A stretch of DNA of 44,176 nt, taken from the NCBI GenBank assembly GCA_965140785.1, contig OZ223480.1, positions 1 to 44,176 of the forward strand, written 5' to 3'. This DNA comes from an uncultured Ruficoccus sp. GTDB taxonomy: Bacteria; Verrucomicrobiota; Verrucomicrobiia; Opitutales; Cerasicoccaceae. The notes beneath the pieces are model-generated. The model ran no database searches, had not been told where the DNA came from, and saw only the letters and a list, made by a program, of their open reading frames with translations. Below, in pieces: positions 32,665 through 41,806 of this stretch; the stretch's first letter is position 1; each line of letters starts with the position of its first letter. The translations under genes and the position numbers were made by a program.

Positions 32665-32844
32665 CCTTTCTGTAGTTCAGTTTCAAAGTAAATAATTATT
32701 TAACGGAAAAAGATGGCTTTATTTTTACTGAACCGTAAAATCTTTTAACCTGTAGTATTGTGCCCCTGACTTGTATTTATTGAAAGATGAATGGTTACGA
32801 ACACGGCTTAAACAGTCCTTACCCGATGCATATAATTTGTTGGC

Positions 32845-32888
32845 GTTTAAAATTTACAATTCAACTATTTTGGTATGACTTATTTTTA
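32845..32888 (+). promoter_or_regulatory. Motif copy 1: GTTTAAAATTTACAAT-N20-TATTTTTA
   Basis: Upstream of the SDR at 32946, divergent from the AraC gene; same spacing as copies 2 and 3. Confidence 0.65.
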
Positions 32889-32945
32889 CAACGAAACGAT
32901 GCATTTTATTTTGATGATTTTAGTCTCTTGTAAACAAGAATAGAA

Positions 32946-33810
32946 ATGGAAAACAAAACATGTTTAATTACCGGGGCAAATTCCGGAATCGGAAAACAAG
33001 CAGCTATTCAGTTGGCAAAATCAGGATTCCGGGTTTTTGTTGGTGCGCGAAACCGGGAAAGAGGTTTGCGTGCATTGAAAGATATAAAAATGCAGTCGGA
33101 ATCTGATGCGGTTGAGTTACTGGAAATAGATTTGTCATCAAAGAAATCAATTAAGGATGCAGCCTGTGAGCTAAAAGAAAGATTAAATCATTTAGATGTG
33201 CTGATTCATAAACGCAGCCGATTTTGACATTGCTCGTAAAGAGGCTATTAAATCGGTTGACGGTATTGAAACCATTTGGGCGACCAATCATGTCGGGCCG
33301 GTTTTACTCACAAATTTAACGCTCGATTTACTAAAAGAAAGCGAACAGGGCCGAATTATCACCATCGCTTCTAAAGGATTGCTGATGCATCCCAATTTGA
33401 CGGTAGATTTGAAAGATCCCGAATTTAACTTCCGAAAGTTTAGTGTACCCAAAGCCTATTATCAATCGAAGCTTGCTCAAATAATGTACACTTACTGGCT
33501 AGCCGACCAGTTAAAAAATACAACGGTTACAGCCAATTGCATCCGTGTAACCAACGTTAAAGTGGATGTTAGCCGGTACCCCGATATTTCGGCCTTTATG
33601 AAATGGGTTTATAAGCTGAAAAGCAAATCGGCACTTTCGCCCGAAAAAATGGCGCAAACCTACACATGGCTGGCGACTGCGCCCGAATTGGCCAATACAA
33701 CAGGTAAATATTTCAACGAGAAAAAACAGGAAGTTCAATCTTCGGCATACAGCCGGGAAAAGGAAAACATAGAAGCGCTGATGAACTTGTCGATGCAGTA
33801 CATCAAATAA
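32946..33810 (+). CDS. SDR oxidoreductase (retinol dehydrogenase-like); +1 frameshift near 33210
   Basis: ITGANSGIG, GARNRERG; corrected LIHNAADFD...ATNHVGP; YYQSKLA, TGKYF. Confidence 0.88.
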
Positions 33811-33828
33811 TAAATTAAAAGCCAAAAC

Positions 33829-34387
33829 ATGAAATACGATAAAACAATTGCCGTTTTATTCGCAAGCTTAACGATTCTTTTCATTGTTGTAGCCCTGAAC
33901 AACCTGTCGTTTTTCGAGTGGGTTTTCGAACGTCATCACAATCAGTTGAGTTGGTACATTCGGCCGCTGTTTTTAATCCCGTTTTGTTATTTCGCCTATA
34001 AACGTAGCTGGACTGGTGTAATGGTAACTGTTTTTGCACTATTCACCAGCATGTTCTGGTTTAATAAACCCGAAGTTGTTAACGAACAGGTAGTTGGCTT
34101 TTTGCAATACGAAAAAGAGTGGTTAACCCAATCATGGGAAACCCGCGATGTATTGTTGGCTCTAACGGTACCATTTTCTTTCTTCCTGTTGGCTTTGGCT
34201 TTCTGGAAGAGAAGTTTATGGATGGGGCTGGCGGTTGTAATACTAATGGCAACCGGAAAAATATTTTGGACCATTCAAAGTGCCGGCGAATCAGGAAAAT
34301 CAATTATCATTCCTGCGGTATTGGGATTAGTACTTTGCTTTTGGACTGATTTTATTGGGATTTAAACGTTTAGAAAAGAAAAAATAA
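33829..34387 (+). CDS. Integral membrane hypothetical protein; +1 frameshift near the 3' end
   Basis: About 6 hydrophobic segments and an RHHNQLSWYIRP motif. Removing one T near 34340 gives the ending LCFGLILLGFKRLEKKK* at 34387. Confidence 0.75.
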
Positions 34388-34407
34388 CCCTTACAAACTG
34401 AATAACA

Positions 34408-35368
34408 ATGAAATTCAGAATACTTTTTATCCTCCTTGTATTCGTCAGTTCTTTTGCAATTGCCCAAACTCAGGTGCCAAATGGCGACTTTGAAAGCTGG
34501 ACACTTTACCCGGAGGGTATATCCGGAGGAGGAGACTTTTATATGCCCGTATTGGCAGATGGTACAGAGGCAGGTCTTTATAACGCGGTTGGTGATGGAT
34601 GGATGGCACGAAAACATGCAGAACGTAGCTGGGAGGTTTTATAACAGCCAGGGGTACTTTTACCGGTACGATGAAAGCGATGCCAATGGATACGCCCTAA
34701 AGTTATATGGAAGTGGACCATCAGCAAACGGATTTATTCGGTTTAGATGTGATGAAGTACCCAAGAGTCTGAAGGGACGTTACAAATTCTCGAACACTGG
34801 TTGCGACGATTTTACAATTTACGCCTATGCGGTGAATAGTGCCGATACCTTAACGCTTGGTCAATTGTTTGACGGGACAGTGCACAGTTCGGCCAATAGT
34901 TTTGTTGCCCCAATTACCGAATCTTTTCAGAATTTTGAAATTGACCTTAGCGATTTTGAAGCTATTGATATCGATTACTTTGTTATAATGTTTAGTGCTC
35001 TCATGAATCATTCGTGTACTAAGACACTGCCTACTGGCGATGTCTTCACAAACGATCCGAATGGATATGCAGTGGTAGATGATTTAAAGTTGGTATACGA
35101 CACGCCAACTTCGGTTGACGATGAATTCACAAAAAAAGATATTATTGCATTTCCAAATCCAACCACAGGTTTAGTCAATTTAAAAATTAGTGAAATTGGA
35201 GCAGATGTCAATATTCAGCTATTTGATGTTGTTGGGAACAAGTTAATGGAGAAGTCGGCACAGAGCAATTTAGAACAGATAGATTTAGAAAACTTTTCTT
35301 CGGGAGTTTATTTTTTGCACATTACGAAGGATATGAAAAAGAAGACAATTAAAATTGTAAAACAATAG
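34408..35368 (+). CDS. T9SS type-A CTD cargo protein; +1 frameshift near 34638
   Basis: Signal peptide then QTQVPNGDFESW; corrected SWEVYNSQG; C-terminal FPNPTTG...SSGVYFLHI...KIVK CTD. Confidence 0.85.
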
Positions 35369-35398
35369 GGAAAGAGAGCTTGAATAAGCATTATTAAA

Positions 35399-35758
35399 AT
35401 GAAAATTGAAAAACATACGATTAAAGACACTGATGTTGCCGAGGTGATTTCAGATGATATTATAATTCAGAAAAATGAAGACGGTTTTGATTTGTTGGGA
35501 AGCTTATATTACCAGGGCTTTGACAAAGTAATCATTTACGAAAAAAACATAACCCCGGATTTTTTCGATTTAAAGAATAAAATGGCAGGAGAAATCCTTC
35601 AAAAATTTTCAAATTATCGGGTAAGGCTTGCAATCGTTGGAGATTTCTCAAAGTACGCGAAAAAAAGTTTGAAGGAGTTTATATACGAAAGTAACAAAGG
35701 TAAGCAGGTTAACTTTGTTTCTTCAGTAACTGAAGCCTTAAATGTATTAACAACCTAA
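35399..35758 (+). CDS. DUF4180-family protein
   Basis: FFDLKNKMAGEILQKFSNYRVRLAIVGDFS and FIYESNKG. Confidence 0.88.
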   Translation: MKIEKHTIKDTDVAEVISDDIIIQKNEDGFDLLGSLYYQGFDKVIIYEKNITPDFFDLKNKMAGEILQKFSNYRVRLAIVGDFSKYAKKSLKEFIYESNKGKQVNFVSSVTEALNVLTT

Positions 35759-35867
35759 TGAATAATCCCGTAACAGAGATGGATTTAAGCTCAATAATAA
35801 ATAGGCTGATATTGTTGTTTTGCACAAGTTCCTAAAATTAGCCAGTAACACAAAGCCGCAATTGAAA

Positions 35868-36695
35868 ATGAATAAGAAACAAACGCTTGACAAGATGGAA
35901 AAGAGCACGCAAGATACTGGTAATATTGAGTTTGAATATGTCAACAATATTCCAATAGCATTTTGCCGTCCGGATGAAAACAGGTCTAATAATTCAATAG
36001 CAGTTTGGTTGCCCTGGCTTGGTGGCGATAAAGAAACCGGTGCGAAAGAATTGCAAAAGCTGGCTTCACACGGTTATTTTGCTATAAGTATCGATCCATG
36101 GTTACACGGAGATAGAAGTGGCGATTTGCAAGAAGATGTAAGAACGCTGGTATTTCAGGAATTCAGAAAATACATGTGGCAAATTTTAGGCATTACAACC
36201 CTGGATGTTTTCCGGGTTATTGATTGGGCTATTGATACATTTAAACTCAATAAAAATGTTGTAGCGGGTGGGTTATCAATGGGGGGAGATATTGCTATTG
36301 CACTTGCAGGAATTGATACGAGGGTAAGCAGAGTAGCTGCAATTGCCGCAAGTCCTAACTGGGAAAGGCCGGGAATGACAGATGTAATAGATTCAACGAA
36401 GATTATAAATCAAGGCGATTCAACAAATTTTGGCAAATGGCTTTATAACAAGCTAAATCCAATGACCAATCTTAATTCTTTTGCTAGGCCATTGCAGATG
36501 CATATTGATCTTGGGGAGTTAGATACACACATAAGTTCGCAGTGGATGTTTGATTTTAAAAACGGTTTAAGTTGCGATTATAAAAATGCGGAACACAATA
36601 TTAAAATTGTAGTTAACAAGGGGTTTAATCATATATCATTACTACAGAACGAAGAGATTATTGATAGAGCCGTGAATTATTTAATTGGTGAGTAG
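35868..36695 (+). CDS. Alpha/beta hydrolase (esterase-like), start uncertain
   Basis: GYFAISIDPWLHGDR, GGLSMGG nucleophile elbow, GELD, GFNH. Confidence 0.8.
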   Translation: MNKKQTLDKMEKSTQDTGNIEFEYVNNIPIAFCRPDENRSNNSIAVWLPWLGGDKETGAKELQKLASHGYFAISIDPWLHGDRSGDLQEDVRTLVFQEFRKYMWQILGITTLDVFRVIDWAIDTFKLNKNVVAGGLSMGGDIAIALAGIDTRVSRVAAIAASPNWERPGMTDVIDSTKIINQGDSTNFGKWLYNKLNPMTNLNSFARPLQMHIDLGELDTHISSQWMFDFKNGLSCDYKNAEHNIKIVVNKGFNHISLLQNEEIIDRAVNYLIGE

Positions 36696-36747
36696 CAAAA
36701 TTTTCCATGCAGTAATTATCAATAAAATTTGCTTTTATATACTCTGT

Positions 36748-36791
36748 GTTTAAAATTTACAATGCAGTAATTTCTGTATAACATATTTTCG
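36748..36791 (+). promoter_or_regulatory. Motif copy 2: GTTTAAAATTTACAAT-N20-TATTTTCG
   Basis: 16-mer identical to copy 1; upstream of the lipoprotein at 36821. Confidence 0.65.
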
Positions 36792-36820
36792 CCTACCAGA
36801 AACAAACAACAACAGAAACA

Positions 36821-37774
36821 ATGTTTAGAATGAAAATTAGCTGGGCTTTTGTAGTCCTATGCCTGCTTTGGGCCTGTAATAAAGACGATGATGGTTTGGA
36901 AACAGCTCCTGTTTCAATCAACGATGATGTTTGGCAGCTTGCCTCGGAAGTGAAAAACAGCCAGGAAACGAGTTATCCCGCGTACCGTAAAAGGCGATTT
37001 TGATAATGACGGAACAGAAGAAACCCTTTCACGAAACGACTTCTATATCTTCGAAGATAACTGGGCTTTCCGCGCTTACTCTTATACTGTAACAAATGAT
37101 GGCGGAGATGATGCAATTACTCTGCCAGGTCGTGCTGAACATCTTTTTGCCGGCGCTGCATCGCCTTATACCCAAAACAGCGACAGTATTTCTATTTTTC
37201 TGAAAGATTATGCCATAACCCAAAGTGAATCTGAATTGAAGTTGAAGTCAGACAACCATGAACTTGTATTTAAAAAAGTGCAGACCATTGAACCCAACCA
37301 GGTGAAAAATGCACCTTTGGAACCGGAAAACAATGGCGACTTAGCGGCTAAAACATGGCGAATGAAACATGAAACCGGTTTTGAGGCAAAGCCAGATGTT
37401 TATTACCCCGTGGAAAAAACCGGCGATTTTGACGACGATGGAACCGATGAAACCATCGAAAGAGATGATTACTATGTTTTTGATATTCCCTGGTGTTATA
37501 CCGCTTATATTTCAACAGTTATTGAAGATGAGGGAAGTGATACATCGAGCCTTCCAGGTAACAATGGAGTGTTACAAATTAAGCATATCAACTATTTTGT
37601 TTTTAACGCAACACGCGATAGTATGTATTTTAATGGAATGGCTACGCCTATTTTAACGATGGAGAAAATATAATACTTCGGCGAGGCAACTACGAAGCAA
37701 TGTTTGAACATGTTCCGGATATTTCTCCTATTGATGTGAGTTCTCTTTACGACGAAGATGGAGATCTTTGGTAG
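36821..37774 (+). CDS. Surface lipoprotein with two tandem homologous domains, each with GDFDxDG; two frameshifts (about 36978 and about 37640)
   Basis: Lipobox LWAC-NKDDD. Corrected translation gives YPRTVKGDFDNDGTEETLSRNDFYIF and YPVEKTGDFDDDGTDETIERDDYYVF, ending ...DEDGDLW* at 37774. Confidence 0.75.
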
Positions 37775-37845
37775 TCAATCATAGAATTCAGTACTGTTGA
37801 AATTGAAGATAGATGTTGCAAATCTTTTATAAACAAAACCCTTTC

Positions 37846-38588
37846 ATGAAAAAAATAAAATCAATAATTCTATTCTTAGTAATAGTTCAATCAATTGTTT
37901 TTGCTGAAGAGAAAACTGACTCGGTAAAAATCAGTCCTTTTGTAAAAAAGGAAGTTGTTCGGCGAAGTGTATTACCTCTTTCGCTAATGGCAACCGGGGC
38001 TGTTATTAGTGGAAGTCGTTTTGAAAAGAACATAAAAAAGAAACTTCGCGATGGTGAGGGAGTAATTGATTATGCCATTCCGATAGACGACCTTATGCAG
38101 TATTTTCCAATTGCTCAGCTTTATGTTGCCGATGCTTTAGGGGTTAAAGCTAAAAACCATTGGTTCGATCAGACCAAATATTTAATAATCTCGAACGTAA
38201 TTACAGCTGCATTAACACACGGCGCAAAGTTTGCAATAAACAAAGAGCGTCCTAACGGCTCAAGTTATGCGTTCCCATCCGGTCATTCTTCGTTTTCGTT
38301 TGCCAATGCAACGGTTTTGTACGAAGAGTTTCACGACGCGGCACCTGGATTTGCTTCCAGTGGTTATATTTTAACATCAATGGTTGGCTCGCTTCGGTAA
38401 TAAACAACAAACATTGGGTTTCGGATGTGTTGGCTGGTGCCGGGCTCGGGATACTGGTTACCCGATTGGTTTATTCCTGGGAACCCTTAAAAAACTGGAA
38501 TCCCTGCAAAAAAATGAACGATGTAACATTTATTCCTTCATTTGATACGTCAGGAGGCTCATTTACTTTTGTTTACCGTTTAAAATAA
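37846..38588 (+). CDS. PAP2-family phosphatase; -1 frameshift near 38397
   Basis: K(x6)RP (KFAINKERP), FPSGH, and corrected SLRVINNKHWVSDVLAGA motif 3. Confidence 0.88.
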
Positions 38589-38670
38589 CGTAATTAGCGC
38601 ATTGATTAAAACAGCTAAATGTAGTTGCGTCGTTAGTTGTTTTGTCCGTGTGTTTTGCTATGTTCGTTAT

Positions 38671-39219
38671 TTATTCAACTTCTTCGTTCATACATACAAA
38701 GTGAAGATGATCTTCCCATTTCCCATTTATTTTTAAATACTTTCTGCTTAATCCTTCCTCTACAAATCCGAGTTTTTTAACAACTCGCACAGATGCCAGG
38801 TTGCGGGGAATAATATTGGCTTCAATCCGGTGTAACTTATAATCATTGAAGGCTATTTCAATCAGCTTTTGTAAGGCTTCGGTTATTTTGCCTTTGTTGA
38901 TTTCTGATTTATCCGATTTATACCCCAGATAGCACGACAGGAAAGGACCATAAACAATGTTGGTTAATGCCACATTGCCTATAATTCGTTCTTCGCCTTT
39001 ATTAAAAAGATAAAGACTTAGACTGGTTTTATTCTCAAAGGATTTGTTTTCGTTGTCGATAATATTTTTTACAGACGTTTCAGCAAAATAGCTTTTATCG
39101 CGAAGCGGCTCCCATTCTTGAAGGAAATCTTTGTTGCGCTGCAAATAATCAGATAACAGGTGTGACTCGTCGGCACTAAGTCTTCGCAATATTAGTCTGT
39201 TTGTTGTATATTTTTCCAT
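38671..39219 (-). CDS. GNAT N-acetyltransferase, RimJ/RimL family
   Basis: FLQEWEP, LHRIEANIIPRNLASVRVVKKLGFVEEG, LKINGKWEDH. Confidence 0.9.
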   Translation of the reverse strand: MEKYTTNRLILRRLSADESHLLSDYLQRNKDFLQEWEPLRDKSYFAETSVKNIIDNENKSFENKTSLSLYLFNKGEERIIGNVALTNIVYGPFLSCYLGYKSDKSEINKGKITEALQKLIEIAFNDYKLHRIEANIIPRNLASVRVVKKLGFVEEGLSRKYLKINGKWEDHLHFVCMNEEVE

Positions 39220-39267
39220 GTGGTTAATTGTATTAATATTATCGTATCGCCATAATACATTCCGTTT

Positions 39268-39311
39268 GTTTAAGATTTACAATTTAGTTAGTTGACGCTT
39301 CTGTAGATTTG
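39268..39311 (+). promoter_or_regulatory. Motif copy 3: GTTTAAGATTTACAAT-N20-TAGATTTG
   Basis: 15/16 match to copies 1 and 2, exact TAnnTTTG at the same spacing; no long ORF downstream. Confidence 0.6.
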
Positions 39312-39820
39312 TTGTCAGACATAAAATGAGTACGACAATTTTATAACAAAACATCCAGAAAGTTAAACCCTCTGGGGTAAAAAACGGACATGAATAAATA
39401 TTTAATCCAAAATGAGCGTATGCACTTGCGTTCTCCCAATATTAGTGTCTGCTTCAGAGTATTGCTTGAAGGCACATTTTCAAAAACAAAAATTGAAGCA
39501 GTTTTTCAGGGAGCCTGTTTAAAGCATTCTTTCTTAATAATGTATTGATGTACAATTATAAAAGGGTGGGGAAAAATCAGCCTATTTTTCTCAGGTAAGA
39601 CGATTCTTGTGTCTGTAATGGATTTAATATGAGTATTTTGTATGTGTTTTTGGGTTTTGTTCCAGGTAAAGTCTCTCGCTTTTTTCAATAAAGTTATCAA
39701 TAGGTGGAAATTGCCTGATGTTAAGAAAATCTCTACTGATATTTTGAGTGTGTAACAATGGAAAATTGAAAAGAAGAATACCATTTCAACAAATAAACTC
39801 TGTATTAATACCAAGAAAAC

Positions 39821-39854
39821 TTTGCTTATAGTTAAATTTAAATTAATACTTTTG
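39821..39854 (+). promoter_or_regulatory. Bacteroidota primary-sigma promoter for the ECF sigma gene
   Basis: TTTG at 39821-39824 and TACTTTTG at 39847-39854 (22-nt spacer), 25 nt before the ATG. Confidence 0.5.
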
Positions 39855-39879
39855 AATTCTATCTAACTAATTTTTTGAG

Positions 39880-40458
39880 ATGAGCTATTCGAATATTGAA
39901 CTTGTAAAACTCCTGAAGAAAGGGGATATAACAGCGTTTGATGTCATCTATAAAAAGTATTCAAGGAGATTATATGGCTTTGTTTTTGGCTATGTAAAAC
40001 AGGAAACAGATACTGAAGAAATTGTTCAGGAAGTATTTCTAAAAATATGGAAGAGTCGAAATAAAATTAATGTTTACTCATCTTTTGAGTCTTTTCTGTT
40101 TACAGTTGCTCATAATGCAACAGTAAATGTACTTAAAAAGCGAGCAATCGAACAAAAATACGTAGATCACGTAAAATCGCTGCAACAAATAGATAATACC
40201 TACGAACTTACCGATGAAATTCAGTATAAGGAGTTGGTGGCAAAGTATCAGGATTTATTAAAAGAATTATCCCCTCGTCAAAAAGAGATTTTTCATCTAA
40301 GCCGTGAAGAGGATTAAGTCACAAAGAAATAGCCGAAAAGTTAGGCATTTCAGCAAATACTGTAAAAAAATCACTTGGTCGCTACAATTTCTTTCTTGAA
40401 AAAAAAGATTGATAATGGCTTGATAATTAGTGGACTATTTGTTTGTTTATTCCTCTAG
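39880..40458 (+). CDS. ECF-type RNA polymerase sigma-70 factor; two frameshifts (about 40311 and about 40367)
   Basis: EEIVQEVFLKIW; corrected region 4 LSPRQKEIFHLSREEGLSHKEIAEKLGISANTVKNHL; stop at 40458. Confidence 0.9.
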
Positions 40459-40593
40459 CAAAAAAAAAGTCATTTTTTTATTAGTCCTTTTTCTTCTACT
40501 CGTTGTATAACTTGTAAAACATCTTAGAATTAAATAGATTCGTTTTTTCAGCCTCAGTATATTGAGGCTTCGTTACTGAAGTTGAAGTAGAAA

Positions 40594-41652
40594 ATGACAA
40601 AAGAACTGCTGGTAAAATATTTGAATAACTGTTGTACTTCACAAGAAGTTGACGAAGTTATGTACTGGGTGGAGCAACAATCTTTTTTTAGTGAAAGTAA
40701 AAAGCTTGGAAAGATTGTTTGGGAGCAATATAAGGAAGACGACGACGGTATTGTTTCCGAAGAGAGGCTCGATACACTCCTCGACAAAATTCATCATAAA
40801 CTAAATGTTGAGGAATCTCGCATCTATCAATTGAAAAACAACAGATTCCTGAGGTTCCTCTCAAAAGCAGCTGCTATCCTGTTAATTCCGGTTTTGGGAA
40901 TTTTGTTTTTTACACTTACCGAAAATAGCAAATTAACAAATCAGATAGCAACGGTTTCAGTTGACTCCTTAGAAGTGATAGCACCTATTGGATCAAGAAC
41001 GGTTGTAGAACTATCAGATGGCTCAGTGGTTCATCTAAATTATGGTAGCCGGATTAAATATCCACAGAATTTTTTTGGGAAAAACCCGTGGAGTTACTTT
41101 AACCGGTGAAGGTTATTTCGAAGTGGCCCATAATCCGGATAAGCCATTTGTTGTTAGCACCGGACAAATTGAGGTGAAAGCACTGGGAACTATTTTTAAT
41201 GTTAATGCATACCCTGAAAACAATGATATTGCTACCACCCTTGTTGAGGGAAAAGTATTGGTGGACGAAGTGAAAACAAATGGGAGTATGGAAACGCTAA
41301 AAGAAATGCATCCGGGCAGCGTGTAGTATATAACAAGAATACAGGTAGCGTAAAATCAAGTACTGAGCAAGTTGATAAATATATAGCATGGAAAGATGGA
41401 AAACTGGTTTTTGATAATGAAACAATAGACCATGTTGCCCAACGCCTGAGTTTAATGTTTAATGTTGAAATACTGATTGATCAAGAGGTTGAGAATTATA
41501 AATTAACCGTAACATTTGTAGATGAACCGCTTTTCCAAATACTGGAATTATTAACCGTTGCAACACCAATTACTTATAGAACTTTGCCGCGAACGAAAAA
41601 TCCGGACGGAACGTTTTCGAAACAGAAGATACTAATTGAACGTAGAAAATAA
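40594..41652 (+). CDS. FecR-family anti-sigma factor; frameshifts near 41075 and 41315
   Basis: TM helix AAAILLIPVLGILFF, ELSDGSVVHLN, LTGEGYFEVAHNPDKPFVV, ALGTIFNVNAY, AWKDGKLVFDNE. Confidence 0.9.
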
Positions 41653-41715
41653 CACTAATCAATATGAACTAAAATTAACAATGCCAATGAATAAAAACTA
41701 TTTTTTAAAACAACA

Positions 41716-41779
41716 GGGAAATGCTACCAACATTTCCCCGGAGATTCTAAAACTACCCTGTACTACTCATTTTACAGGG
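41716..41779. promoter_or_regulatory. Two hairpins in the fecR-susC intergenic leader
   Basis: GGGAAATG-CTACCAA-CATTTCCC (41716-41738) and CCCTGTA...TACAGGG (41757-41779). Confidence 0.55.
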
Positions 41780-41806
41780 CAATTCTAACTATAACAATAC
41801 AAAAGT

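Noticed and set aside
35759..38670. Possible integron attC-like sites between accessory genes (TAAC...GTTAG at about 35770-35850 and 38583-38640)
   Set aside because: No convincing paired R and L boxes, no repeated element between genes, and no integrase in the window.
39506..39814. 102-aa minus-strand ORF in the gap before the ECF sigma gene
   Set aside because: Non-ATG start, AT-rich composition typical of non-coding DNA, no recognisable motif.
40481..40510. TTAGTCCTTTTT...CGTTGTATAA as the ECF-dependent promoter of fecR
   Set aside because: The position is plausible, but there is a single copy and no consensus I can support from this window alone.
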